Of a stretch of 32,000 nt of DNA, positions 8,513 to 17,636 are shown in pieces. The DNA is taken from positions 30,001 to 62,000 of the forward strand of contig NZ_SODD01000009.1 of NCBI RefSeq assembly GCF_004365815.1, in the 5' to 3' direction. Numbering within the stretch: the stretch's first letter is position 1; every line of letters begins with the position of its first letter. Position numbers and translations under genes: made by a program. The notes below the pieces were generated by a model. That model was not told the DNA's origin, ran no database searches, and saw only the letters and a program-made list of their open reading frames with translations. The DNA is from Breznakia blatticola. GTDB lineage: Bacteria; Bacillota_I; Bacilli_A; Erysipelotrichales; Erysipelotrichaceae.

Positions 8513-9318
8513 ACATACGTCCCCCTACCACCAACTACAATTTTATCAATCGAATTTCCACAAGTTGGGCAAGCTTCCCCTTTTTTCATATGGACTTTTA
8601 ATTGTAATTGGAATTTCCCATCTACGCCTAAAGAAGATGTATACGAACGAATCGTCGTTCCTCCAGCTTTAATGGCACCTTGTAAAATAATACGTGTATT
8701 TTCTAAAATCATTTCGAAATCTTTTTTTGTTAGATGATAGATTTTCGTTTCTGGATGAAGTTTTGATCGAAAAGCAATTTCATCTGCATAAATATTCCCT
8801 ACTCCTGCCATCACACTTTGATCAAGTAGGAACTGTTTCAATGTTGTTTTTCTTCTCTTTGCTTGTTGGTATAAGTAATTTGCATCAACATGTGAATCAA
8901 ATGCATCATAACCAACATGCTGGAATGCTTTTTGTTCATAAAGAATTACATCTTTATCGTATACATACATCCGACCGAATTTACGAACATCATGGTAGAC
9001 AAGTTTTCTACCATCATCAAGCATGAAAATAATATGTGCATGCTTACTATATGGATCTTCATCTTTTTGATAAATATAGAATTTTCCTTCCATCCGTAAA
9101 TGAACTACCAAATTTACATCATTCATACCAAAGATTAAATATTTTCCAACACGCGAAAAATCAATGAAATGTTGATGCACAAGTAACTTTGTGAATTCTT
9201 GTGCATCTATCGCATCGATCATTTTTGCATAACGTACTTCAATATGTACGATTTCATTTCCTTTGATTTGATGTTCTAAAGTTCTTAGAACCGTTTCTAC
9301 TTCTGGTAATTCTGGCAT
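8485..9318 (-). CDS. mutM: Formamidopyrimidine-DNA glycosylase
   Basis: The N-terminal catalytic MPELPEVETV and the C-terminal zinc finger CPTCG...CRTCQ are present. The protein is 277 aa. Confidence 0.96.
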   Translation of the reverse strand: MPELPEVETVLRTLEHQIKGNEIVHIEVRYAKMIDAIDAQEFTKLLVHQHFIDFSRVGKYLIFGMNDVNLVVHLRMEGKFYIYQKDEDPYSKHAHIIFMLDDGRKLVYHDVRKFGRMYVYDKDVILYEQKAFQHVGYDAFDSHVDANYLYQQAKRRKTTLKQFLLDQSVMAGVGNIYADEIAFRSKLHPETKIYHLTKKDFEMILENTRIILQGAIKAGGTTIRSYTSSLGVDGKFQLQLKVHMKKGEACPTCGNSIDKIVVGGRGTYVCRTCQKRK

Positions 9319-9327
9319 ATTATCTTC

Positions 9328-11919
9328 CTATTTACTATCTAAGTAATTATCTGCAAAGTTTGCATCAATAACTAATGGTACTTGTAGTTTTGCAACATGT
9401 TCCATTGCATCTTTAACAAGTTGTTCCATCATGTCCATTTCATCTGTTGGAACATCAAAAACTAACTCATCATGAATTTGTAAGATCAGTTTACTCTTAC
9501 ACTGTTTTTCTTCCATAGCTTTTGTCACATGAATCATCGCAAGTTTAATTAAATCTGCAGCACTACCTTGAATTGGTGCATTCATAGCAGCACGTTTTCC
9601 AAACTCACGTGTCATATAGTTTTTATCATTAATTTCTTTAATAATTCTACGACGATTAAACATCGTTTTTACATATCCATGCTCTTTAGCAAAATCAATT
9701 GTCTCATCCATGAATGCTTTAATTTGCGGATATGAACGGAAATATCCATCCATAAAGTCTTTCGCTGTATTCATATCAATGTTTAATTCACTTGATAATC
9801 CGTATTGCGTTTGTCCATACACCATTCCAAAGTTAACAGTTTTTGCTTGACGACGCATTGCTGAAGTCACTTCATCTTTATCAACATTGAAAATCAACAT
9901 CGCTGTTTTTGTATGAATATCAATACCATGTGTAAAGGCATCAATCATTTGTTTTTCATTTGCCATATGCGCAAGTACACGAAGTTCAATTTGACTATAA
10001 TCTGCTGCATATAACATACATCCTTCACTAGGAATAAAGGCACGACGTACTTCACGTGACTCTTCATCGCGTACACTTAAGTTTTGCAAGTTTGGATTAC
10101 TTGAAGATAAGCGTCCAGTTTGCGTTAAACTTTGATGATATAAGGTATGAATCTTTCCATCCTTACGAATGTGTTTTTGTAGTCCTACTGCATAAGTTGA
10201 GTCAATTTTTTGGTATTTACGATATTCAATTAATTTATCAATAATTGGATGTGTATGACGTAATTTCTCTAACACATCAATCGCTGTACTACGTTTCTTA
10301 TTACTTTTTAAACCTAAAGTATCAAATAAGACCTCTGCAAGTTGCTTTGGTGAGTTTACATTAAATGTGACACCTGCAAGTGTATGAATTTCTTTTTCTA
10401 ATGCTTGTAAAATCACTTGTGTCTTTCCATGAATTTCTTCAAGTACATCTTGTGATGTGCGCACACCTTGCTTTTCCATGTTAAACAAAATACGTGTCAA
10501 TGGCATTTCCATTTCGATAAATAGATGGTCCATCTCTTTTTCTTTTAATTCTTCAGTTAGTTTTGGATACAAGTCTTGCACGATATACATTTGATCTCCA
10601 ACATATGTTAAACGTTGGTCAGGATCTGCAAGTTTTGGTGATGTTGATTTTCCATATACATCATCTTTTGTCTTTTCAAATTGATAATTGTATTTAAATG
10701 CTAACTGCTTTTCATCATTGATATAGTTGTCGCATAAAAATGCAGCAATTTGTACATCAAAACTAAAATCTGTGTAGGATAAACCTGCATGATCTAATAA
10801 ATGATACGCTTCTTTTGCGTTGTTGGTGATCTTTGTTAAATCACTAGTCAACAAAGTAGCTAGTACACTATCCATTAACATATATTCTTTGGCTAGATAA
10901 TATGCTGTTGTATCACTAGCAACAAGCACTCCATATAATTGTGCATCATAAAATGGTTGATTGTCATAATCAAATACCATGTAAATTTCTTTTTCATTTA
11001 CTAGTGCTTTTGGTAATGCTTCAACTTCTTTTACTTCGATATTTGTTTTTGTTGGTTTCACTGTAATGTTTTTCATAAATGAGCGCATTTCATATTTCGT
11101 GTAGAAATCATTTAATGCTGGCACATTTGCTTCATACTTCAATTGATCCAGTTCAACAGGTACTGTACAATCTGTTTTAATTGTAGCTAGTTGTTTTGAC
11201 ATAAAAGCATTATCTTTGTCCATTTCTAGCTTTTCTTTTAGTTTTCCCTTAATCTTGTCAATATTATCGTATACACCTTCAAGTGAATCATATTCTAATA
11301 ATAGTTTTGTGGCTGTTTTTTCTCCAACCCCTTTTACTCCAGGAATATTGTCTGCACTATCCCCCATCAATCCTTTTAAATCGATGATTTGCTTTGGACG
11401 TACTTGTTTTAGTTCTTCTAGTTTTTTGGTATCAACTACTTCCATCTCTGTAATTCCTTTTTTCATAAGCATTACAGATGTTGTATCATCAATACATTGT
11501 AGTAAATCTTGATCACTTGTAAGAATTACAACTTTATGATCCTTATAATGTTTTGCTAGTGAACCAATGATATCGTCTGCTTCAATTCCATCTTCTTCAT
11601 AACGGAAAATTCCATATGCATCCAAAAACTCACGAACAATTGGAAATTGTACCTTTAATTCAGGATCCAATTCTTTTCGTGTACCTTTATATGCTTCATA
11701 TGCTTCATGTCTAAATGTCGGTTTCCCACTATCCCAAGCAACCATTACATAGTCAGGTTCAATTGTTGCAATTGCTTTATTGATCATGTTCACAAATCCA
11801 TATACTGCATTTGTTGAGACCCCACTAGATGTACTCATTCTTGCTCCACTATACAAAGTTGCATAGTAGGCTCTAAATAACATTGAATTTCCATCAATTA
11901 ATAAAATTTCACAGCTCAT
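9328..11919 (-). CDS. polA: DNA polymerase I
   Basis: The 5'-nuclease domain (LLIDGNSMLFRAYYA), the central 3'-5' exo-like domain and the family-A polymerase motifs (DYSQIELRVLAH, RRQAKTVNFGMVYG, QIHDELVF) are all present. I prefer the ATG at 11919 (GGAG 10 nt upstream) over the GTG at 11928. Confidence 0.97.
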   Translation of the reverse strand: MSCEILLIDGNSMLFRAYYATLYSGARMSTSSGVSTNAVYGFVNMINKAIATIEPDYVMVAWDSGKPTFRHEAYEAYKGTRKELDPELKVQFPIVREFLDAYGIFRYEEDGIEADDIIGSLAKHYKDHKVVILTSDQDLLQCIDDTTSVMLMKKGITEMEVVDTKKLEELKQVRPKQIIDLKGLMGDSADNIPGVKGVGEKTATKLLLEYDSLEGVYDNIDKIKGKLKEKLEMDKDNAFMSKQLATIKTDCTVPVELDQLKYEANVPALNDFYTKYEMRSFMKNITVKPTKTNIEVKEVEALPKALVNEKEIYMVFDYDNQPFYDAQLYGVLVASDTTAYYLAKEYMLMDSVLATLLTSDLTKITNNAKEAYHLLDHAGLSYTDFSFDVQIAAFLCDNYINDEKQLAFKYNYQFEKTKDDVYGKSTSPKLADPDQRLTYVGDQMYIVQDLYPKLTEELKEKEMDHLFIEMEMPLTRILFNMEKQGVRTSQDVLEEIHGKTQVILQALEKEIHTLAGVTFNVNSPKQLAEVLFDTLGLKSNKKRSTAIDVLEKLRHTHPIIDKLIEYRKYQKIDSTYAVGLQKHIRKDGKIHTLYHQSLTQTGRLSSSNPNLQNLSVRDEESREVRRAFIPSEGCMLYAADYSQIELRVLAHMANEKQMIDAFTHGIDIHTKTAMLIFNVDKDEVTSAMRRQAKTVNFGMVYGQTQYGLSSELNIDMNTAKDFMDGYFRSYPQIKAFMDETIDFAKEHGYVKTMFNRRRIIKEINDKNYMTREFGKRAAMNAPIQGSAADLIKLAMIHVTKAMEEKQCKSKLILQIHDELVFDVPTDEMDMMEQLVKDAMEHVAKLQVPLVIDANFADNYLDSK

Positions 11920-12033
11920 ATATATCACGCTCCATACTTGTTAATCATACCACAAACTTGCTCGACTCGTTATAAAAACAATTCCGATAATACTTCGTTA
12001 TCTTTTGATTTTTGGCAAAGAAAAAACAAAAGG

Positions 12034-13059
12034 CTAATCAAGCTCTTTTGTTTTGATTTCTTCTAAGACTTTTTTTGCATCATGAAGATCTTCAGCATTA
12101 CTCTTTCCAACATAACGTAATGTTAATGGTTGGTAGGCTTTACCAGTCATACTTTCTTTATCCTTTGGATAACGGAAAGTAAATCCATACTCGTGTGCAT
12201 GTTCAACTAACCATTTGTATTCCTCAGAACTTTCAATATCTTCTAATTTATCTTTTCCAACAATCTTTAATGTAATTGTAAATCCTAATTGACTTTCACT
12301 TTGACCTGGATAATCACTATATCGTTTAAAATCAACTGTTCCATATTGGATTTGTGCATTTTTCCATAACTCAATTTGATCTGTATACGATACATATCCA
12401 CTTGTAAGTAATAGTTTTCCTGCATTGCTTGGTTCTGCTTTAACAAATGCTGCCATCATTTCACGTAAGGGTTCAATAACTTCATCACGCACTTTAACTT
12501 GTTCTTCCCCAGCTACAATACTTGCTGAACCAATAATTGAGAAATCAACACCAACTAAATTCTTTGGTACATAGTTAATCACAATATGTTTGTCTTTCAA
12601 TAGAAGCATAGGATCTGCTGCATCTAATACAAGATTGCTATCTTTGAAATACAAATATCCATTGTCAAAATAACTTGCTAGACTTTCATAGCTATAGTTT
12701 GTGACTAATAATTCAAATTCACGAACGCTATAATCTTGACGATATGTATTCACAAAATTCACAATCGCTGTTGGATCTGCTGGTTGTACATTTTTAGCAG
12801 CTTCATAACATAGTATATTTTTCACAGTAAATCCTGGAACTTGAATGAATTCCATATACTGTTCTGGTTTTATTTTTTGTTGGACAATATAATCAATATC
12901 ATTTGTATCTGTGATTGTTTGTCGAATGATATCTTCGTTTTCTTTTGTAAAGTAACTTTTGTATCTAGCAAACGGGTCATAATGATCATCCAATAAGCTA
13001 AAACACACTAGAAACATTGCACATAAAACGAGTACCAATACACCTCTTTTAAGTTTCAT
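12034..13059 (-). CDS. Membrane-anchored VanY/LdcB-like (peptidase M15B fold) protein with substituted active-site residues
   Basis: The protein has an N-terminal TM/signal anchor (GVLVLVLCAMFLVCFSLL). Its C-terminal third aligns by eye to LdcB/VanY: SGYVSYTDQ, YPGQSESQLGFTITL and YGFTFRYPKDKESMTGKAYQPLTLRYVG. The canonical His, Asp and EPWH residues are replaced (see findings). Confidence 0.8.
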   Translation of the reverse strand: MKLKRGVLVLVLCAMFLVCFSLLDDHYDPFARYKSYFTKENEDIIRQTITDTNDIDYIVQQKIKPEQYMEFIQVPGFTVKNILCYEAAKNVQPADPTAIVNFVNTYRQDYSVREFELLVTNYSYESLASYFDNGYLYFKDSNLVLDAADPMLLLKDKHIVINYVPKNLVGVDFSIIGSASIVAGEEQVKVRDEVIEPLREMMAAFVKAEPSNAGKLLLTSGYVSYTDQIELWKNAQIQYGTVDFKRYSDYPGQSESQLGFTITLKIVGKDKLEDIESSEEYKWLVEHAHEYGFTFRYPKDKESMTGKAYQPLTLRYVGKSNAEDLHDAKKVLEEIKTKELD

Positions 13060-13133
13060 CTAACTCATTATACCAAATCTTAGGTCAATCTCAATATAAA
13101 TAGTTCCACTTCGAGTGTCGGTGTGATAAAATA

Positions 13134-14009
13134 ATGCCTATGAAAGAACGTTTATTAAAAGTACTAATCGTCCTATTAGTGATTGTAATTGCTTTTGCAG
13201 GAGTGTTATTTTATTCCATGTATTTTGCACCTGAAAACTATCAAGTGCAACATGAAAGTATTACATCTACTAAGATACCCGAAGATATGGACGAAATAAA
13301 TATAGCTTACATTAGTGATATCCATTATGGTGAATTTGTTGATGAAGAGCGTCTACAAGATATGATAGACAAGATTAATAAAGCAGCACCAGATGTCATC
13401 TTATTTGGTGGAGATTTATTTAGTGATCCCGCTTCATTTATCGATCAACCTGAACAAACTGCAAAAGTAAAAGAACTGTTATCTTCACTAGATGCGCCAC
13501 TTGGAAAGTTTTATGTACTTGGTGAAGCAGATATGCCTTTAGATCGTACAGATGCCAAAACGATGGTGCAAAACTTACTATTTGATGCTGGCTTTGAAGA
13601 TATGACAAATCGAAACACTCGGATTCATAATGGTTCAACTAGTAGCATTACCCTAGTAGGTATCGATTCATTACTTGGTGGTTCACCAAATATCCAAGCA
13701 GCATTTACAAATGTGAGTGCAGATAGTTTTGTTGTTAGCTTTACACATGCACCAGATATTTATACCCAGTTACCTGATAATGTTGTAAGTATCGCATTTG
13801 CAGGACACTCACATGGTGGTCAAATCTCAATTCCAATTCTTGGTGCATTTAAAAGCATTGAAGGGGCAGAAACTTATGAAAGAGGTAAACACACACGTGG
13901 TACAACAACGATTCATGTTTCTAACGGTTTAGGTACAAGCAATGTAGATATGCGTGTATTTGCTAACCCTCAAATTGTAATGTATCGCTTAGCACATGCA
14001 AAAAAATAA
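13134..14009 (+). CDS. Membrane-anchored calcineurin-like metallophosphoesterase (YkuE/YaeI, COG1408-like)
   Basis: An N-terminal TM helix is followed by the motifs SDIHYG (DxH), GGDLF (GD), THAPD and GHSHGGQ (GHxH). Motif III reads VLGEAD rather than GNH[DE]. Confidence 0.85.
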   Translation: MPMKERLLKVLIVLLVIVIAFAGVLFYSMYFAPENYQVQHESITSTKIPEDMDEINIAYISDIHYGEFVDEERLQDMIDKINKAAPDVILFGGDLFSDPASFIDQPEQTAKVKELLSSLDAPLGKFYVLGEADMPLDRTDAKTMVQNLLFDAGFEDMTNRNTRIHNGSTSSITLVGIDSLLGGSPNIQAAFTNVSADSFVVSFTHAPDIYTQLPDNVVSIAFAGHSHGGQISIPILGAFKSIEGAETYERGKHTRGTTTIHVSNGLGTSNVDMRVFANPQIVMYRLAHAKK

Positions 14010-14020
14010 AGATTTATAAG

Positions 14021-14056
14021 AAGAAGTATTTGTATTGATGAATACTTCTTTTTTTG
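14021..14056 (+). terminator. Rho-independent terminator of the metallophosphoesterase gene
   Basis: A 10-bp stem AAGAAGTATT / AATACTTCTT (14021-14030 / 14041-14050) with a 10-nt loop runs into T-run 14049-14055. Confidence 0.8.
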
Positions 14057-14085
14057 CGCTTCACAATTGATATCAACAATTTCTC

Positions 14086-14118
14086 ATATAAAAAGACATC
14101 ACGCTACATGATGTCTTT
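14086..14118 (-). terminator. Rho-independent terminator closing the leuS-leu operon
   Basis: The minus-strand hairpin AAAGACAUC-N9-GAUGUCUUU (14118-14092) is followed by UUAUAU. It begins 7 nt after the stop of the last gene (14126). Confidence 0.7.
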
Positions 14119-14125
14119 ACTATAT

Positions 14126-14794
14126 TTACTTTTCTACAACAAGGTTTGGATATGCTTTATGCAAAAACTCATCTGGATATACTGTATCAAGCATTTCTCC
14201 AACAATTGTCATTGGTGGTTTTCCTTGATTGCGCATTCCTAAACGAAATAGTGCACTATAAGATATACACATATTCAAAATCATAAAAATTAAGATAATC
14301 GGATACAAACGATTTCCTATACGAACTGGAATTCGTTCAATCCAAGAAGATAACCACGGATAGATGACATACAAAATCAACATACCCCCAAGTCCCCATA
14401 CCAACATAAATGGAATGGTTGTTCGTCCACCGATATTTAGAAAATACCCTGTATAATCCCAACTTTCTGCATGAAATGCTACTTCTTCAAACCAAGATAA
14501 TCCAAACTCTGTAATACCTCCAACTAAACAACTAAGTAGATAATTTACATACCAGGGGCGTGTTTTATAGTTTTTCCCTAACAACACAACAAATAAGATA
14601 AATCCAAGTCCATATACTGGATTGAATGGTCCATAAATCAAACCACTGCGATTCACCCATTTATGCATTTCAAACAGCATTAGAATTTCTTCATAATACG
14701 TTCCGACAATGCATCCGATAAGAAACAGAAAGAATATTTTCTTAAAGCAGTATCCTTCTGCAAATCTACGCTCAACCTTTTTTACTTTTTCCAT
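14126..14794 (-). CDS. Polytopic membrane protein, 'putative ABC-transporter type IV' (PF06541-like) family, function unknown
   Basis: This 222 aa protein has about 6 hydrophobic segments. The motifs NRSGLIYGPFNPVYGLG and SWDYTGYFLNIGGRTTIPFMLVWG match my memory of that family. Its ATG lies 4 nt after the leuB stop and has no visible SD. Confidence 0.7.
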   Translation of the reverse strand: MEKVKKVERRFAEGYCFKKIFFLFLIGCIVGTYYEEILMLFEMHKWVNRSGLIYGPFNPVYGLGFILFVVLLGKNYKTRPWYVNYLLSCLVGGITEFGLSWFEEVAFHAESWDYTGYFLNIGGRTTIPFMLVWGLGGMLILYVIYPWLSSWIERIPVRIGNRLYPIILIFMILNMCISYSALFRLGMRNQGKPPMTIVGEMLDTVYPDEFLHKAYPNLVVEK

Positions 14795-14798
14795 ACAT

Positions 14799-15872
14799 CT
14801 ATGCTATTGCAGCTACAATAAGATCTCCCATCTCTTTACAGCCTACTAGCGTTGTATGTTTGTCCATCATATCTCCTGTACGATATCCATCATCTAACAC
14901 TTTTTGAACTGCAGTTTCAATTGCCTGTGCTTCTTTTTCCATAAAGAATGAATATTTAAGCATCATAGCAACAGATAAGATCGTTCCAATTGGATTTGCT
15001 TTGTTTTGACCTGCAATATCAGGGGCAGAACCGTGAATAGGTTCATACATACCACGAGTTCCTTCACCTAATGAACTTGATGGAATCGTTCCAATGGTTC
15101 CTGTAATCATACTTGCTTCATCACTTAAGATATCACCAAACATATTTTCAGTTAAGATTACATCAAATTGTGCTGGATCCTTACAAATTTGCATCGCAGC
15201 ATTATCTACATACATATGTGTAAGTTCTACTTCTGGGTAGTCCTTAGCTACTTCAAGCACGTATTTACGCCATAATTTTGATGAATCAAGAACATTTGCC
15301 TTATCTACAGAACATAACTTCTTATTACGTACCATTGCAGTTTCGAAAGCTACTTTTGCAATACGAATAACTTCAGGAGCTGAATACTTCATCACATCGT
15401 AAGCTACTTCTACATCATTTTCACTTGTTGTAACATGATCACCGAAGTACACTCCACCAGTCAGTTCACGAACGACCATAAAATCAATTCCCGCTTCAAC
15501 AATTTCTGGTTTTAAAGGAGACGCATCTTTTAATTCAGTAAATAACTTTGCTGGTCGCAAGTTTGAATACAAGCCTAAACGACTACGAATTCCTAGAAGT
15601 GCTTTTTCTGGACGATTGTTTGGTGGTTGTACATCGTATTTTGGACCACCAACTGCACCTAATAAAACTGAATCACTTGCTAAACAAGCTTCTACCGTTG
15701 CTTCTGGTAAGCATTCACCATATGCATCAATTGCTTCCCCACCAGCTTTTACATAATTTAAATTAAATGTATGTTCATATACTTCTTCTACTTTTTTTAA
15801 AACTTTGATTGCTTCATCTACGATTTCTGGACCAATTCCGTCCCCTTTAATTACTGCAATATTCTTAATCAT
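14799..15872 (-). CDS. leuB: 3-isopropylmalate dehydrogenase
   Basis: [17 protein letters not shown]..., NLRPAK and [12 protein letters not shown] are canonical LeuB motifs. I prefer the ATG at 15872 (AGGAGGG SD, 8 nt spacing). It overlaps the leuD end by 8 nt. Confidence 0.95.
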   Translation of the reverse strand: MIKNIAVIKGDGIGPEIVDEAIKVLKKVEEVYEHTFNLNYVKAGGEAIDAYGECLPEATVEACLASDSVLLGAVGGPKYDVQPPNNRPEKALLGIRSRLGLYSNLRPAKLFTELKDASPLKPEIVEAGIDFMVVRELTGGVYFGDHVTTSENDVEVAYDVMKYSAPEVIRIAKVAFETAMVRNKKLCSVDKANVLDSSKLWRKYVLEVAKDYPEVELTHMYVDNAAMQICKDPAQFDVILTENMFGDILSDEASMITGTIGTIPSSSLGEGTRGMYEPIHGSAPDIAGQNKANPIGTILSVAMMLKYSFFMEKEAQAIETAVQKVLDDGYRTGDMMDKHTTLVGCKEMGDLIVAAIA

Positions 15873-16362
15873 TGAATTTTCCCTCCTTGATTGCATTTAG
15901 ATATCCATTACTTGAAATAATCTTTTGAATAAATTCAGGAAATGGAGGGAATGTATATTCTTTGTTTTGACTTTCATTTACGATAATTCCTTTATCAAAA
16001 TCAACATTTACGATGTCTCCATCTTTGATTTCTTTAGCTGCTTCAGGGCATTCAATGATCGCTAATCCAATATTAATTGAATTACGGTAGAAAATACGTG
16101 CAAAACTAGAAGCGATTACACATGAGATTCCACTTGCTTTAATTGCGATTGGTGCATGTTCACGACTGGATCCACAACCGAAGTTTGCTTCACCAACCAT
16201 GATATCACCTGCTTTTACTTTATGGATGAAATCAGCATCGATATCTTCCATACAGTGACTTGCCAATTCTTTTTCATCTTGTGTATTCAAATGACGAGCT
16301 GGAATGATAACATCTGTATCAACGTTATCTCCATACTTATGTACAGTTCCTTTTGCGATCAT
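15865..16362 (-). CDS. leuD: 3-isopropylmalate dehydratase small subunit
   Basis: This 165 aa protein carries [15 protein letters not shown] and [11 protein letters not shown], the short (type 2) LeuD form. Confidence 0.93.
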   Translation of the reverse strand: MIAKGTVHKYGDNVDTDVIIPARHLNTQDEKELASHCMEDIDADFIHKVKAGDIMVGEANFGCGSSREHAPIAIKASGISCVIASSFARIFYRNSINIGLAIIECPEAAKEIKDGDIVNVDFDKGIIVNESQNKEYTFPPFPEFIQKIISSNGYLNAIKEGKFND

Positions 16363-16364
16363 GA

Positions 16365-17633
16365 TTATTCCCCCTTAACACTTTCTGGTGTTGCTAGTTT
16401 ACCAGCAATTGCGCTTGCTGCTGCAACTTGTGGTGAAGCTAAATATACTTCACTTTTTGGATGTCCCATACGACCAACGAAGTTACGGTTACTTGTTCCT
16501 ACACAACGTTCACCTTCTGCAAGAATTCCCATGTGACCACCTAAACATGGTCCACATGTAGGTGTTGAGAAAATACATCCTGCATCAATAAAGATATCAA
16601 CAAGACCATTTTTAATACAGTCCTTATAGATTTGTTGGGTTGCAGGAATTACAATACAACGAATTCCCTCGGCAATATGACGTCCTTTTAGAATGGTTGC
16701 AGCTGCTTCCATATCTGAATAACGTCCATTCGTACATGAACCAATATATACTTGATCAATTGCAATATCTCCCCATTCACTAGGCGTTTTCCCATTTTCA
16801 GGTAAGTGTGGGAATGCAACTGTATGTTCAATTGTTGATAAATCAATATCATATACTTCATCATAGATAGCATCTGCATCTGCTTCAAAGATGGTTGGAG
16901 TACGTTGCCCACGTCCTTCTACATAAGCTAATGTTTGTTCATCAACTGGGAAGATTCCATTTTTTGCTCCAGCTTCAATTGCCATATTCGCAATACAGAA
17001 TCGATCATCCATGCTCAAATTTTTAATTCCATCACCAACAAATTCCATTGAACGGTATAAGGCACCATCAACGCCAATTTTTGAAATAATATGAAGAATA
17101 ACATCTTTACCACTAATATCTTTGTTTAATTTACCTGTAATATTAAATTTAATTGCACTAGGCACTTTAAACCAAGCACGTCCAGTTGCCATACCAGCAG
17201 CCATATCTGTACTACCAACACCAGTTGAAAATGCACCAAGTGCTCCATATGTACATGTGTGTGAATCAGCACCGATAACTAAATCACCACAAGTCACAAT
17301 TCCTTTTTCAGGCAATAATGAGTGTTCTACTCCCATTTGCCCTACATCATAGAAATTTGTGATCTCTTGATGTTTTGCAAAACAACGACATTGTTTACTT
17401 TGTGTTGCTGCTTTAATATCTTTATTTGGTGTAAAGTGATCGAGTACGATTGAGATCTTATCTTTATGAAACACCTTATCAAAATCATGTTTTTCAAACT
17501 CATTAATTGCAACTGGAGTTGTAATATCATTTCCTAATACCATATCCAAATTTGCCATAATAAGTTGTCCTGGTTGTACGTTATCAAGACCTGCATGTGC
17601 TGCTAAGATCTTTTGTGACATTGTCATTCCCAT
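16365..17633 (-). CDS. leuC: 3-isopropylmalate dehydratase large subunit
   Basis: This 422 aa aconitase-family protein has the Fe-S ligands in [10 protein letters not shown] and GSCTNGR...CGPCLG, the type 2 LeuC form. A GAGGGGGA SD lies 7 nt upstream. Confidence 0.94.
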   Translation of the reverse strand: MGMTMSQKILAAHAGLDNVQPGQLIMANLDMVLGNDITTPVAINEFEKHDFDKVFHKDKISIVLDHFTPNKDIKAATQSKQCRCFAKHQEITNFYDVGQMGVEHSLLPEKGIVTCGDLVIGADSHTCTYGALGAFSTGVGSTDMAAGMATGRAWFKVPSAIKFNITGKLNKDISGKDVILHIISKIGVDGALYRSMEFVGDGIKNLSMDDRFCIANMAIEAGAKNGIFPVDEQTLAYVEGRGQRTPTIFEADADAIYDEVYDIDLSTIEHTVAFPHLPENGKTPSEWGDIAIDQVYIGSCTNGRYSDMEAAATILKGRHIAEGIRCIVIPATQQIYKDCIKNGLVDIFIDAGCIFSTPTCGPCLGGHMGILAEGERCVGTSNRNFVGRMGHPKSEVYLASPQVAAASAIAGKLATPESVKGE

Positions 17634-17636
17634 TGT

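Noticed and set aside
12289-12315. DnaA-box-like CCTGGATAA within the VanY-like gene, and other partial TGTGGATAA-like matches near the replication genes.
   Set aside because: These are single imperfect matches inside coding sequence with no clustering and no AT-rich unwinding element. There is no evidence for an origin.
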